From Clostridiales bacterium (lineage in GTDB: Bacteria > Bacillota > Clostridia > Lachnospirales > Lachnospiraceae): 64,000 nt of DNA. Location: positions 956 to 64,955 of the forward strand of contig JAAYPG010000016.1 of assembly GCA_012519905.1 (NCBI GenBank), written 5' to 3'. The first letter of the stretch is position 1, and each line of letters opens with the position of its first letter. The translations under genes were made by a program, and so were the position numbers. The notes below the pieces were generated by a model. It saw nothing but the letters and a program-made list of their open reading frames with translations. It had not been told where the DNA came from and searched no databases. Of this stretch, positions 49,401 to 57,805 are shown piece by piece.

Positions 49401-49614
49401 CATCGGCATATTGGCTGCGCATCATCTCTCCATTACGCTTACCGCCACTGGTTTGATCATAGAGGGCATAGGTAATGGCATCAAATATGGTAGTCTTTCC
49501 AGCACCTGTATCACCGGTAATTAGAAATATTCCACTGGCTACATCAGAAAAATTAACAATCTCCTCCCCAGCGTAGGATCCGAAGGCTGACATTTTAATA
49601 TATATAGGTTTCAT
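46459..49614 (-). CDS. sbcC: SbcC/Rad50-type SMC ATPase
   Basis: GDTGAGKTT Walker A, QGDF Q-loop, long coiled coil with CPVC hook, LSGGE, FIDEGFGSL. Confidence 0.92.
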   Translation of the reverse strand: MKPIYIKMSAFGSYAGEEIVNFSDVASGIFLITGDTGAGKTTIFDAITYALYDQTSGGKRNGEMMRSQYADDDTRTYVEYSFIYHGKTYTIIRSPRQERLSKRRNKDGEFTMTTDQPTVTLIMPDGKEYTGKIKETNQKIVDLIGLDVNQFTQIAMIAQGDFLKLLHASSKERKEIFAKIFNTRIYWLIEEELKARAKSIYGQLADNKKDIIRETEDIRCIKDSEYSMLWEDMPPFTETDSDKQLELIGLIINEAKDKEDEIKKEQIEKGQELDEINTKIEQAEDNNRLFDTLEVALLKKEELDQRKDEMAELKLSVEKAKKAQVVESKEEAFLNKQKDLSECMNRITDIKSWLDENRERLEGLKKDKEQKEKEHSESSPGLIAKISSITSLLPKYEELDTYKTEKMALEENKNKTDEEYTRIIGLIEEEKKSRIILSEKQEELKGLGDQYTQLKDKVDRLIERRDALEGLIKSIASMKQLYAIYEDEEKDYKKVSEAYELLRNQYDELYHSFIEGQAGILAATLEDGHACPVCGSTSHPKKAGSDYHIIDESKLRAAKKDMDDALNLKQQKYEVLQDAKKSYEKRLDLAVHEGKRVINASINSTNIADTDIDSILEQCNSQLKLDMEKKAQAEEAMKTFSLNEKRIKELEEAIEAHEKDRDEADKARQEVAAGLIKIDTRIVELKKNLIYESKAHSERELIALKARLDELEEAKVAATEVYQAIVNATNEKIGNLRTEEESYSRLLQDIEKLEKELNSELTKQGFLDLEEYRLARLSPQRIEELSLLEQEYREENIKNSTSIENYKEQTKGKSRIQTEELILKQKELNEAKNNLEEESKTIYGIRTRNEEVYTRLVRLINDRKKFMKTYSAISRLADTATGKLSGRHLNFQTYIQRRYFNMILNEANKRLYTMSNNQFILKCRELEDLSGQGEVGLDLDVYSMVNDQVRDVKTLSGGESFMAALSMALGMSDIIQNTAGSIHIDTMFIDEGFGSLSEDTRMQAIKILNDLSGGKRLVGIISHVTELKAQIGTKLVVTKSEKGSKASWELS

Positions 49615-50796
49615 CTATTCATCTCCTTCCGTAGCTATAGGCGTATGAAGCTTACTAATTACATCCAGCATAATCTGCTCTTCCTCACTGCTCATGGGAG
49701 CCCCTTGCATTTCCTGATAAAACTGCTTAAAAGCCTCGAAGGGATTAAGCGTAGTGACCTTAAAGTCAACCTGCTCAAGTTGGGCTCTTGTCCTATTATT
49801 CTCAACCTTAAGCTCAAGAATATGGTCGTAATGCTCCTCTAACTGATCCTTTGGCTTATATATTTCATCCTCATCAGTTATGGTTATACTTAGATAATCA
49901 TGTCTATTCTCATCACTTGCTCTACTTATTATGTCACTTAAGAGACCCTTCTCACTTCTTACATCACGAAGGGCAGCTAGCGGTATCCTATCTATGATAA
50001 TATCAGTGCCTTTATCGTTAATAGTAACCATGGTAATAGCCTTTATATGTTTCTCCTCGCTAACGGAGTATTTTAACGGACTACCACTGTACCTGATATG
50101 ACTCCTACCTATACTTTGAGCTCCATGAAGATGGCCTAAGGCAACATAATCAAAGTCTTTTACCGCCTCAATATCCACACTATCAATCCCCCCGACGGTT
50201 ATATATACCTGCTCAGAATCACAGGTATCGGGAGACTTATCCCCTGATACATAGAACTGATGGGATATCAAAACATTTCGCTTACTATAATCAATATCCT
50301 CTCTAGCAATAAGTGCCTTAATAGCGCTATCGTAGCTGGTTATAACACCCTCATCAAAGAGATGCCTGACATAACCGGGCTTGGTAAAGGGAAGCATATA
50401 GAAATTCACTTCTCCGAATTCATCCTTTAGCACAATCTTCTTGAGGTATTCCTTGTCACAACTGGGAGGCTGAACAGATATAAATATATTATGCTTCTCC
50501 AAGAATGTACTGGCATAATTTAATCTTTCAGCAGAATCATGATTACCAGCTATAATCAGAACAGGAATATGGGGCTCTATCCGGGATAGGTTGTTGAGAA
50601 ACTGATTAAATATGGTATAGGACTCTGCAGAAGGAACTGATTTGTCATAGATATCCCCTGCAATTATAAGCACATCCGGTCTTAGCTCCTTGGCTTTATC
50701 AACAATCTGCTCCAGTATAGCCATCTGGTCTTCCTTCATATTGTAATAATGTAGCTGCTTACCGATATGTAAATCCGAAATATGAAATATTTTCAT
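49615..50796 (-). CDS. sbcD: SbcD nuclease
   Basis: SDLHIG, AGDIYD, GNHD, LGHLH, YSGSPLKYS. Confidence 0.93.
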   Translation of the reverse strand: MKIFHISDLHIGKQLHYYNMKEDQMAILEQIVDKAKELRPDVLIIAGDIYDKSVPSAESYTIFNQFLNNLSRIEPHIPVLIIAGNHDSAERLNYASTFLEKHNIFISVQPPSCDKEYLKKIVLKDEFGEVNFYMLPFTKPGYVRHLFDEGVITSYDSAIKALIAREDIDYSKRNVLISHQFYVSGDKSPDTCDSEQVYITVGGIDSVDIEAVKDFDYVALGHLHGAQSIGRSHIRYSGSPLKYSVSEEKHIKAITMVTINDKGTDIIIDRIPLAALRDVRSEKGLLSDIISRASDENRHDYLSITITDEDEIYKPKDQLEEHYDHILELKVENNRTRAQLEQVDFKVTTLNPFEAFKQFYQEMQGAPMSSEEEQIMLDVISKLHTPIATEGDE

Positions 50797-50998
50797 GACA
50801 TCCTCCTTCTATATAGACATTCATTGAATCTGTAATCCGGCACTAATTATTCATACATTTTAAGATTTATTTACAATAGTTGTTTGACATTTTTCTATCA
50901 TATAAAAATAAATTCGTCTTTTATTAAGTATTATAACATAGGACTCTTCCATACTGTGACAAATAAATAAAATATGCTATAATTACCAAAAAGGTTAA

Positions 50999-51013
50999 TC
51001 AACCATTAGTTGA
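50999..51013. promoter_or_regulatory. candidate XRE operator TCAAC-N5-GTTGA
   Basis: Palindrome just downstream of GTGACA-16-TATAAT (50956-50983); degenerate copy at ~51022-51036. Confidence 0.5.
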
Positions 51014-51125
51014 GTGAAATATAAACCTATGGTTGTGAAAAAACCAGAAAATCAACTAATATTCCCTTTTATCTCTAAGGATTACGGGTTACAATTTTAC
51101 CATCAAGAAGGGAGAGTGATATATA

Positions 51126-51620
51126 ATGTCAAAATCAATAGGTAATAGAATATCACAATTAAGAAGAGAAAAAGGAATTACTCAGGAGGATATGGCTGAA
51201 AGGTTGGGAGTCACACCCCAGGCAGTATCAAAATGGGAGAACGACATATCATATCCCGACATCCTGTTACTGCCGAAAATATCCAAGTTGTTAGGTGTTA
51301 CTGTAGACGAGCTTCTATCTGGTGAAAGTAAAAAGGATACTGAGTTTTTACCTGAGGGCAAACGAAAAAACATAGACGATATGATGTTTAGAATTTATGT
51401 AAATTCTGCCGCTGGTGATAAGGTAAGGGTTAACCTTCCCATGGCTCTTGTAAAAATGGGATTAGAAATGGGTATGAATATGCCTCAGGTATCAGGTAAT
51501 GATGCATTAAAGGAAATTAATTTCGAACAGCTTATCTATATGGTAGAGTCAGGACTAATCGGAAAGCTAGTTGAAGTAGAGAGTGCAGATGGTGATACAG
51601 TAGAAATAGTGGTGGAATAA
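51126..51620 (+). CDS. XRE-family HTH regulator with C-terminal DUF2089-like domain
   Basis: TQEDMAERLGVTPQAVSKWEN..PDI; KVRVNLPM..GKLVEVES C-terminal domain. Confidence 0.8.
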   Translation: MSKSIGNRISQLRREKGITQEDMAERLGVTPQAVSKWENDISYPDILLLPKISKLLGVTVDELLSGESKKDTEFLPEGKRKNIDDMMFRIYVNSAAGDKVRVNLPMALVKMGLEMGMNMPQVSGNDALKEINFEQLIYMVESGLIGKLVEVESADGDTVEIVVE

Positions 51621-51621
51621 T

Positions 51622-51879
51622 ATGAAGATAACAATCCAGTCCCCCGGTGAGAAAACCATTAAAATTGCTATCCCTACACGAATGCTCTTTAACGGATTAA
51701 CAGCTAAGCTAGGGTTTGCTTCTATTAGAAAATATGTATCTACTGAAGAACTTAACTTAAGCTCCGCCGATTTAAAGAGATTAGTGAAGGAGATTAGGAA
51801 AACCAAAAATAAATACCCCCATCTGGAGCTAGTAAATGTGGAAAGCAGTGATGGGAGCAAGATTATAATTAAGTTGTAG
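51622..51879 (+). CDS. hypothetical protein, coupled to upstream regulator
   Basis: Start 1 nt after the upstream stop; similar IKIAIP..ELVNVESSDG pattern. Confidence 0.7.
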   Translation: MKITIQSPGEKTIKIAIPTRMLFNGLTAKLGFASIRKYVSTEELNLSSADLKRLVKEIRKTKNKYPHLELVNVESSDGSKIIIKL

Positions 51880-51932
51880 GTTAGCTATAAGACAAGGGTA
51901 GATACATTATACTAATTAAGTTCTAAAATCAC

Positions 51933-51969
51933 GGTAGGGTGCCCCTTATGTAAAGATGGGCACCCTGCT
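51933..51969. terminator. terminator between convergent units
   Basis: AGGGTGCCC / GGGCACCCT stem. Confidence 0.7.
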
Positions 51970-52086
51970 TATATGTTATTATATCTGATTTATCTTACAT
52001 TTTATTTCACTTATGAACAATTACCACGCATTTTATAGGCAATATCTTATGCAAAGTTCTTGATACTACTACAATTATACTGTAGG

Positions 52087-53436
52087 TTAACCAAGGACGA
52101 TGCCTGTTATGACGAAATAGAATATCAGTGATATGGCATCTACTATGGTGGTTATGAAGGGACTAGCCATTACAGCTGGATCAAAGCCAATTTTCTTGGC
52201 CAACATGGGAAGAGTAGATCCTACCATCTTGGCAATTATTACTGTTACTAATAAGGTTATACTTACTATCAGGGAAATACTAAAGCCTACCTTGTCAAAT
52301 AGCATTAGTTTAGCGAAATTAAATACGGAAAGTGTTAATCCACTTAATATAGCTACTTTTGATTCCTTCCATAGAACCTTGAATATATCTTTAAACTCCA
52401 GCTCGTGTAATGATAGACCGCGGATAATGGTTACTGAAGATTGACTTCCTGAGTTACCACCTGTGTCCATCAGCATAGGGATATAAGCGGTAAGAACCAC
52501 ATATGTTTTTAGAGCATTTTCAAAGCGTGTTATTATCATACCCGTAAATGTAGCTGATATCATCAGTATAAGCAACCAGGGCATTCTACTCATCCATATA
52601 TCCATTGTAGTTTTCTTAAGATAAGGTGTATCCGAAGGGGTTATCGCAGCCATTAATTCGATATCCTCTGTTGTCTCCTTCTCCAGTACGTCCCAAGCAT
52701 CGTCAATGGTTACAATACCGACCATTCTATTATCCTTATCCACCACTGGCAATACAGTCAAGTCGTATTTACCAAACATGTTGGCTACTTCTTCCTGATC
52801 CTCAAGGGTATGGACTGAAATCACATTCCTGTCCATTAGCTCTTCGATTGTGTGGTCATCCTCAGAGAGTATGATAGTCCTCAGGGTTATATAGCCAATC
52901 AAATGATTAACATTATCGGTAACATAACAGGCATCTATAGTCTCGCTATCAAGGCCAATTCTGCGGATTTTTCCAATAGCATCAGCTATAGTCATGTCAG
53001 ACCGTAAACTGACAAATTCAGTGGTCATAATGCTCCCAGCTGAATCCTGTGGGTAATTTAATATCTGATTGATGGTCTTACGGGTACTCTCTGTTGAATT
53101 CTTAAGTATCCTCTTTACTACATTGGCAGGCATCTCCTCCAAAATGTATACCATATCATCAATGTACAGATCACTAATCATTTCCTTAAGCTCTGTATCA
53201 GAAAAGCTATCGATAAGTGTCCTCTGTTGATCAGTATCCATCTCTATAAATGTATCTGATGCCAAGTCCTTAGGTAAAAGCCTAAATACCAAAGTCAAGC
53301 TTCTTTCTGGAAATTCGCTTAAAAGCATGGCTAAGTCATAGGGATTTATAGCTGAGATAGTTTCCTTAAGGTCTTTGTACCTTTTTTCCTCAATCATTCT
53401 AAGTATGTCTTTTTCAAAATCTGTAAATTTTGCCAT
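52087..53436 (-). CDS. mgtE: magnesium transporter MgtE
   Basis: MgtE N-domain, YPQDSAGSIMT CBS pair, R.PWLLILM, DTGGNSGSQS, DPAVMASPFITTIVD. Confidence 0.95.
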   Translation of the reverse strand: MAKFTDFEKDILRMIEEKRYKDLKETISAINPYDLAMLLSEFPERSLTLVFRLLPKDLASDTFIEMDTDQQRTLIDSFSDTELKEMISDLYIDDMVYILEEMPANVVKRILKNSTESTRKTINQILNYPQDSAGSIMTTEFVSLRSDMTIADAIGKIRRIGLDSETIDACYVTDNVNHLIGYITLRTIILSEDDHTIEELMDRNVISVHTLEDQEEVANMFGKYDLTVLPVVDKDNRMVGIVTIDDAWDVLEKETTEDIELMAAITPSDTPYLKKTTMDIWMSRMPWLLILMISATFTGMIITRFENALKTYVVLTAYIPMLMDTGGNSGSQSSVTIIRGLSLHELEFKDIFKVLWKESKVAILSGLTLSVFNFAKLMLFDKVGFSISLIVSITLLVTVIIAKMVGSTLPMLAKKIGFDPAVMASPFITTIVDAISLIFYFVITGIVLG

Positions 53437-53508
53437 ATTCTTCTCCCTCCAAGCATAACTAAAGTATCATGTCTGATACACTCTACCATACCTGGCAGGA
53501 GTAAGGCA

Positions 53509-53610
53509 TCAATTAAATGAAGCAACAATAATAACAGACACAACCATAGTTATGCTTATAATTTTTCTTTTTAAACCAAATATGCTGCTACAACTACCGT
53601 CAGCATCCAT
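53509..53610 (-). CDS. candidate 33-aa mgtE leader peptide MDADGSCSSIFGLKRKIISITMVVSVIIVASFN
   Basis: GAAAGGGG RBS; lies between a sigmaA promoter and mgtE; internal 11-mer pairs with the sequence adjacent to the mgtE SD. Confidence 0.6.
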   Translation of the reverse strand: MDADGSCSSIFGLKRKIISITMVVSVIIVASFN

Positions 53611-53657
53611 TATTATATTCGCCCCTTTCATATTGTTTATTACTTTTCTACATAGAT

Positions 53658-53686
53658 AGTCTAACTTCTAATTAAAAACATGTCAA
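53658..53686 (-). promoter_or_regulatory. sigmaA promoter of mgtE leader
   Basis: TTGACA-17 nt-TAGACT on the minus strand. Confidence 0.75.
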
Positions 53687-53724
53687 GGTAATTATTTACT
53701 ATATGTCAAACGTTTATTAGGTTG

Positions 53725-54650
53725 CTATAGTATTACCAAGGAGGCATCCTTATAAAGCGCCCTTGCTATAGCTATCTTCTGTGATTGACCTCCAGAGAAC
53801 TCCACTCCCTGACTATCGTACTCCTTACCAAACAAGGTCTTTATCCCATTAGGAAGCTCCATAATTTTATCCTTAATCTCTACCTCATCAAGTATTTTAT
53901 TCACTCTTTCATCATCTTCTCCTGCAGGCTTACATGTAATATTCTCCTGTATAGAGAAATTAAATAGCTTGTAATCCTGAAATACCGCCGCAATACTAGC
54001 AAGAAGTATCCGGCCGGAATCTGGAGAAAATAATCCAGTCAGCAGTTTAACAAAAGTAGTTTTACCTGCACCGTTAATGCCTACAAGGGCGAGCTTTTGT
54101 CCTGCAGGTATTTTTAAAGAAAAGTTCTCATATATGTTCTTATCTGTATCAGGATATTTAAAGCTTACATTGTCAAACTCAATTTCTAGAGGAGTATCTT
54201 TATCTAAGGCTAAAAGTTCTCCCCCTGTCTCTCCTAGATCTTCATCTAAGAACTTGAAAAGATCCTTGACATGCATTTGCTCTCTTATAATATCTGTAAT
54301 ACTCCCCGATAAGGATGTCATCTTCTGTGACAATGTAGATGTAGCAATAATAAACATAGAAAAATCGGCGATGGGCATTCCTTTTACCGTCAGATATGTA
54401 AGGATACCATAAGTAGCAATATCAGATAGCAAAAGTGTCATTAGCGCTATAAAAGTGCCGTCATCTTAGGGTATGAGAAGTATATCAGCCATTGTTGAAA
54501 AAAGTTAAATATGACTCCCGCAGCAAAAAAGACTGCTGCTATTCTTATAACCCCCCCATAACTCGGGAGCAGGCCCTGTAAGGTAGTCTATTAAAACCTT
54601 TGGCAAGGCAATGGATAAGAGGGGTACAACCAGGTAGCTAATGGTTTAAC
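53725..54650 (-). pseudogene. ABC transporter (fused permease/ATPase) remnant
   Basis: GINGAGKTT and FSGGQ retained; short deletion after GRILL; stops before Walker B; N-terminal TM fragment (VVPLLSIALPKVLIDY..) upstream is frameshifted in a G7 run. Confidence 0.75.
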
Positions 54651-54739
54651 TAATTTTCAATAAATTATAACATATAATACTAATTAATGGAAGCCGTGGT
54701 CTTTTATGTAATAGGACGAGCTTTCTTTTACATAATGAT

Positions 54740-54779
54740 AGGGCATATCTATTTTCCCATAGGAATATAGATATGCCCT
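54740..54779. terminator. terminator downstream of LCP gene
   Basis: AGGGCATATCTAT / ATAGATATGCCCT. Confidence 0.7.
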
Positions 54780-54814
54780 GCTAGTAATGAATAGCCGTTT
54801 TCAATTTTGAATTA

Positions 54815-55957
54815 TTATTTTACCTTTTCCAGGGCGGCCTTAGCCTCCTCCTCAGTATATCCAAAGATGAATTTATAAAGCTCTATCCGATTTGTTTCCC
54901 AATCAAGTAAAATAGGATAACCGATACCATTATGCTTTTTTGGTGCCTCATATGCTCCATCCACAGGAACTCTGAAAGTCTCCAATTTTGTCATCTTATT
55001 CTCAATAACAGCCTCCATCATTTTCTCAATCTGCTTTTGATCTAAGTCTGTTTTGACATAGCTTAAAGCTTGGGTACTTATAGGTATTATCTTAAGAAGA
55101 TTTTTTGATGACATCAGGCTATCAAACATTGCCCCTAAGGCTCTTTGCTGACGTACTACACGGCCATAATCATAGTTAGCTCCACCAAGGGTCTTAACCT
55201 TCCTAACTCTAACATATCCCATGACCTGATTACCATTCATCTTATTTACACCAGCTACTACATTTCTATTGGACTTCTTTGATATATAGTTGGTCCTATT
55301 AAGGTATTTCGCTTCTTCTTTACCCAGCTCAATTTCGACTCCGCCTAGTAAATCAACAATATTTTCAAATGCTTCAAAATTCACTGATGCATAACCATCA
55401 ATCTGTATCTTATAATTCTTCTCTATGGTTTCAATTAATAAATCAACACCACCTTTAGAATAGGCCGAGTTCAACTTATTAGCCTTATACCCAGGAATAT
55501 CAACATAGCTATCCCTAAGAAGTGAGGTCAGTTTAACCTTGCCATCCTTAGTATTAATGGTTCCAATCATCATGGCATCTGTATTTCTGGCACCGCCAAT
55601 TTCTTCTATACCAAAAACAAGATAATTATATACATAATCTTCACGGACTACATTCTCAGAAGGCTTTCTTCTGTTGATAACCTCCTTGTCCTCCTCATCC
55701 GGCTCATTATGCTGAACATTGTTGTATACAAATTTGCTTGCGGCTTTATAAAGTAGACTTCTGCCCGGCTTGGTTCCAACCATTAATAAGAGCAAGACCA
55801 GTATCAGCAGAAGCGTGATACCCGTAGCCTTAAGAAATCTATATTTTTTCTTTTTGCCCTTTTTAGGTCTTTTTTTATCTATCTGAGGATTCTTATCCTC
55901 ATTCAATATATCAAGAACCTGTTGTTTTAACAGTTCTTCTGTATGTTTATCCTTCAT
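54815..55957 (-). CDS. LytR-CpsA-Psr (LCP) family glycopolymer transferase
   Basis: RNTDAMMI, SLLRDSYV, KLNSAY..GG, YVRVR..DYGRVVRQQ; start moved to 55957. Confidence 0.9.
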   Translation of the reverse strand: MKDKHTEELLKQQVLDILNEDKNPQIDKKRPKKGKKKKYRFLKATGITLLLILVLLLLMVGTKPGRSLLYKAASKFVYNNVQHNEPDEEDKEVINRRKPSENVVREDYVYNYLVFGIEEIGGARNTDAMMIGTINTKDGKVKLTSLLRDSYVDIPGYKANKLNSAYSKGGVDLLIETIEKNYKIQIDGYASVNFEAFENIVDLLGGVEIELGKEEAKYLNRTNYISKKSNRNVVAGVNKMNGNQVMGYVRVRKVKTLGGANYDYGRVVRQQRALGAMFDSLMSSKNLLKIIPISTQALSYVKTDLDQKQIEKMMEAVIENKMTKLETFRVPVDGAYEAPKKHNGIGYPILLDWETNRIELYKFIFGYTEEEAKAALEKVK

Positions 55958-56147
55958 AATAATCCCCTCTTTTTCTAATAGGTCAACTGTAAAACAGCTT
56001 CTAAATGTCATTTTCCGATAAATTGCTATCTTATTTTATCATATATTCCCGAAATTTAAAGTACTATTAAAAGATTTAAAGAAAATTTAAGATTCAAGAC
56101 TTATTACCAAAGACTTCCAAATGCTAAAAACTACCTGTATTTTTAGA

Positions 56148-56175
56148 TTGACTTTTTAAATAGTTTTGATATACT
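56148..56175 (+). promoter_or_regulatory. sigmaA promoter for tRNA pair
   Basis: TTGACT-16 nt-TATACT with TG extension. Confidence 0.65.
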
Positions 56176-56185
56176 TGATATTACT

Positions 56186-56258
56186 GGGGCATTAGCGCAG
56201 CTGGGAGCGCACCACACTGGCAGTGTGGGGGTCAGGGGTTCGAATCCCCTATGCTCCA
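56186..56258 (+). tRNA. tRNA-Ala (GGC)
   Basis: Acceptor GGGGCAT/ATGCTCC, anticodon arm CCACA-CTGGCAG-TGTGG, TTCGAA loop; CCA not encoded. Confidence 0.95.
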
Positions 56259-56294
56259 TTTAATTATCATTAATTATATATACATTAATATTTT

Positions 56295-56368
56295 GGAGTC
56301 ATAGCTCAGCTGGGACGAGCGTTCGCTTGACGTGCGAAAGGTCATGGGTTCGAACCCCTTTGACTCCA
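56295..56368 (+). tRNA. tRNA-Val (GAC)
   Basis: Acceptor GGAGTCA/TGACTCC, anticodon arm TTCGC-TTGACGT-GCGAA, TTCGAA loop; one T-stem mismatch; CCA not encoded. Confidence 0.9.
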
Positions 56369-56375
56369 TTATGCT

Positions 56376-56406
56376 GGATCCATCCTTCCTTGATGGATCT
56401 TTTTTT
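56376..56406 (+). terminator. terminator of tRNA operon
   Basis: GATCCATC / GATGGATC followed by T7. Confidence 0.8.
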
Positions 56407-56540
56407 GTAGTTTGATGGTATCAGGCCCATTACAGGCACATTAAAGGCATAATGAAAGACCCATCAAAGATGAGTCTTTCATATCCCCATATACCCGTTG
56501 CCAATAAAATGGCAATGTATAAGAAACTGTCATGTTAATT

Positions 56541-57413
56541 TTATCCCACTATACTAGCTCTTGCTTTTAAAACATCCACCACTCGTTCTGAAGATAGAGG
56601 GATACATAAGAGGAAGCCCTGACCTCCTTCACAGGAGTTTTTCCTTAAATACTCCAGTTGTGCTAAAGTCTCAATTCCTTCTGCCACAACCTTAAATCTT
56701 AAGTCATGGGCCATGGTGAGAATATTCTTTGTAATTGATGTCTCCTCACTACAGTAGGGAATTGATCGTATAAAGCTTTTATCTATCTTAATTATATCTA
56801 TTGGTAATTTTAGAAGATGTGTTAATGATGAATATCCGGTCCCAAAATCGTCAAGCGCGAACCTTATGCCATATTTCCTAAGTCTGTTTATTCTTTCCAA
56901 AGCTAAATCGATATTAGCAATAACCACCGATTCTGTAATCTCAAATATAATTGTCTTATAATTCACCTTATACGATGATATGATGTCTTCAATAATCTTA
57001 AAATTATCTTCACTATCTATTGATCTACTGGATAGGTTGATTGAAAGCTCTATATGCCCTAAATCCTCCTGCTCCCATAATTTCTTTTGCTCCAGAGCCT
57101 TGCAGATAATCATGCGCTCCAACTCATAAATTATGTTAGTTTTCTCTGCCAGAGGTATAAAAGCATCTGGTGGTATCATACCTTTTTCAGGTGAAATCCA
57201 TCGAACTAAAGCCTCTACACCAATTATCTCATTGGATTCGAGATTGTACTCAGGCTGGTAAAACAGTGTGAACTCGTCTCTGGCTATGCCAGTCTGGATG
57301 CTGTTTACCATTCTATTATTTCCTAAATTCTTAACTATTTTATTTTTCATTCTACATATCTTAGAAATAATACCTTTGCTTGAATCATTGTATTTTTGTT
57401 TATATTTCTCCAT
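56541..57413 (-). CDS. stand-alone EAL-domain c-di-GMP phosphodiesterase
   Basis: YQP, GVEALVRW, FEITE, DDFGTGYSSL, IKIDKSF, VAEGIET, QGFL. Confidence 0.9.
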   Translation of the reverse strand: MEKYKQKYNDSSKGIISKICRMKNKIVKNLGNNRMVNSIQTGIARDEFTLFYQPEYNLESNEIIGVEALVRWISPEKGMIPPDAFIPLAEKTNIIYELERMIICKALEQKKLWEQEDLGHIELSINLSSRSIDSEDNFKIIEDIISSYKVNYKTIIFEITESVVIANIDLALERINRLRKYGIRFALDDFGTGYSSLTHLLKLPIDIIKIDKSFIRSIPYCSEETSITKNILTMAHDLRFKVVAEGIETLAQLEYLRKNSCEGGQGFLLCIPLSSERVVDVLKARASIVG

Positions 57414-57492
57414 ATGTATTCCTTATGCTTTTGCTAATGAATCACCATGTTCGTCTGACAATTACATCATAATATATTAAAAACCAAAAAAC

Positions 57493-57541
57493 CATGTCGT
57501 ATTTGGAAAATTTTTATTAAAAATTTTCCAAATACGACATG
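57493..57541. promoter_or_regulatory. perfect 24-bp inverted repeat (24+1+24) in divergent promoter region
   Basis: CATGTCGTATTTGGAAAATTTTTA-T-TAAAAATTTTCCAAATACGACATG; ends at the -35 position of a TATAAT (57563-57568). Confidence 0.6.
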
Positions 57542-57659
57542 TTAATCAACATTTAATCATAATATAATGAGGTTGCTTAAGGAAATGACAGATAATTGTA
57601 GTGCAGTTCCTATAAGCAACCCCATATTAACCAGTCAATAAATTAAGGAGGTAGTATTT

Positions 57660-57803
57660 ATGAAGAAACTAAAAAGTTTACTCGTAGTAACAACATTACT
57701 TATGGTATTAGGTTTTGTACTCCCAGCTGCAGGTCCAAATCCTGACGAGGGCATTACAGTAGCTAGTAATGGTCCTCCAATTGATAGCCTTGGTTTATTC
57801 TAA
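57660..57803 (+). CDS. candidate quorum-sensing propeptide, 47 aa (MKKLKSLLVVTTLLMVLGFVLPAAGPNPDEGITVASNGPPIDSLGLF)
   Basis: AAGGAGGT RBS; basic N-region, hydrophobic H-region and PAA-G cleavage-like site; stop codon 2 nt from the stop of the convergent HTH-TPR gene. Confidence 0.7.
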   Translation: MKKLKSLLVVTTLLMVLGFVLPAAGPNPDEGITVASNGPPIDSLGLF

Positions 57804-57805
57804 CA

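Noticed and set aside
53437-53660. M-box (ykoK) riboswitch upstream of mgtE
   Set aside because: I could not find the conserved M-box features, and most of the leader is occupied by an ORF with an RBS.
57570-57622. c-di-GMP-II riboswitch near the EAL gene
   Set aside because: GTAGTGCA and GGAAA are present, but the complementary GGGCAC pseudoknot partner is absent and the orientation faces away from the EAL gene.
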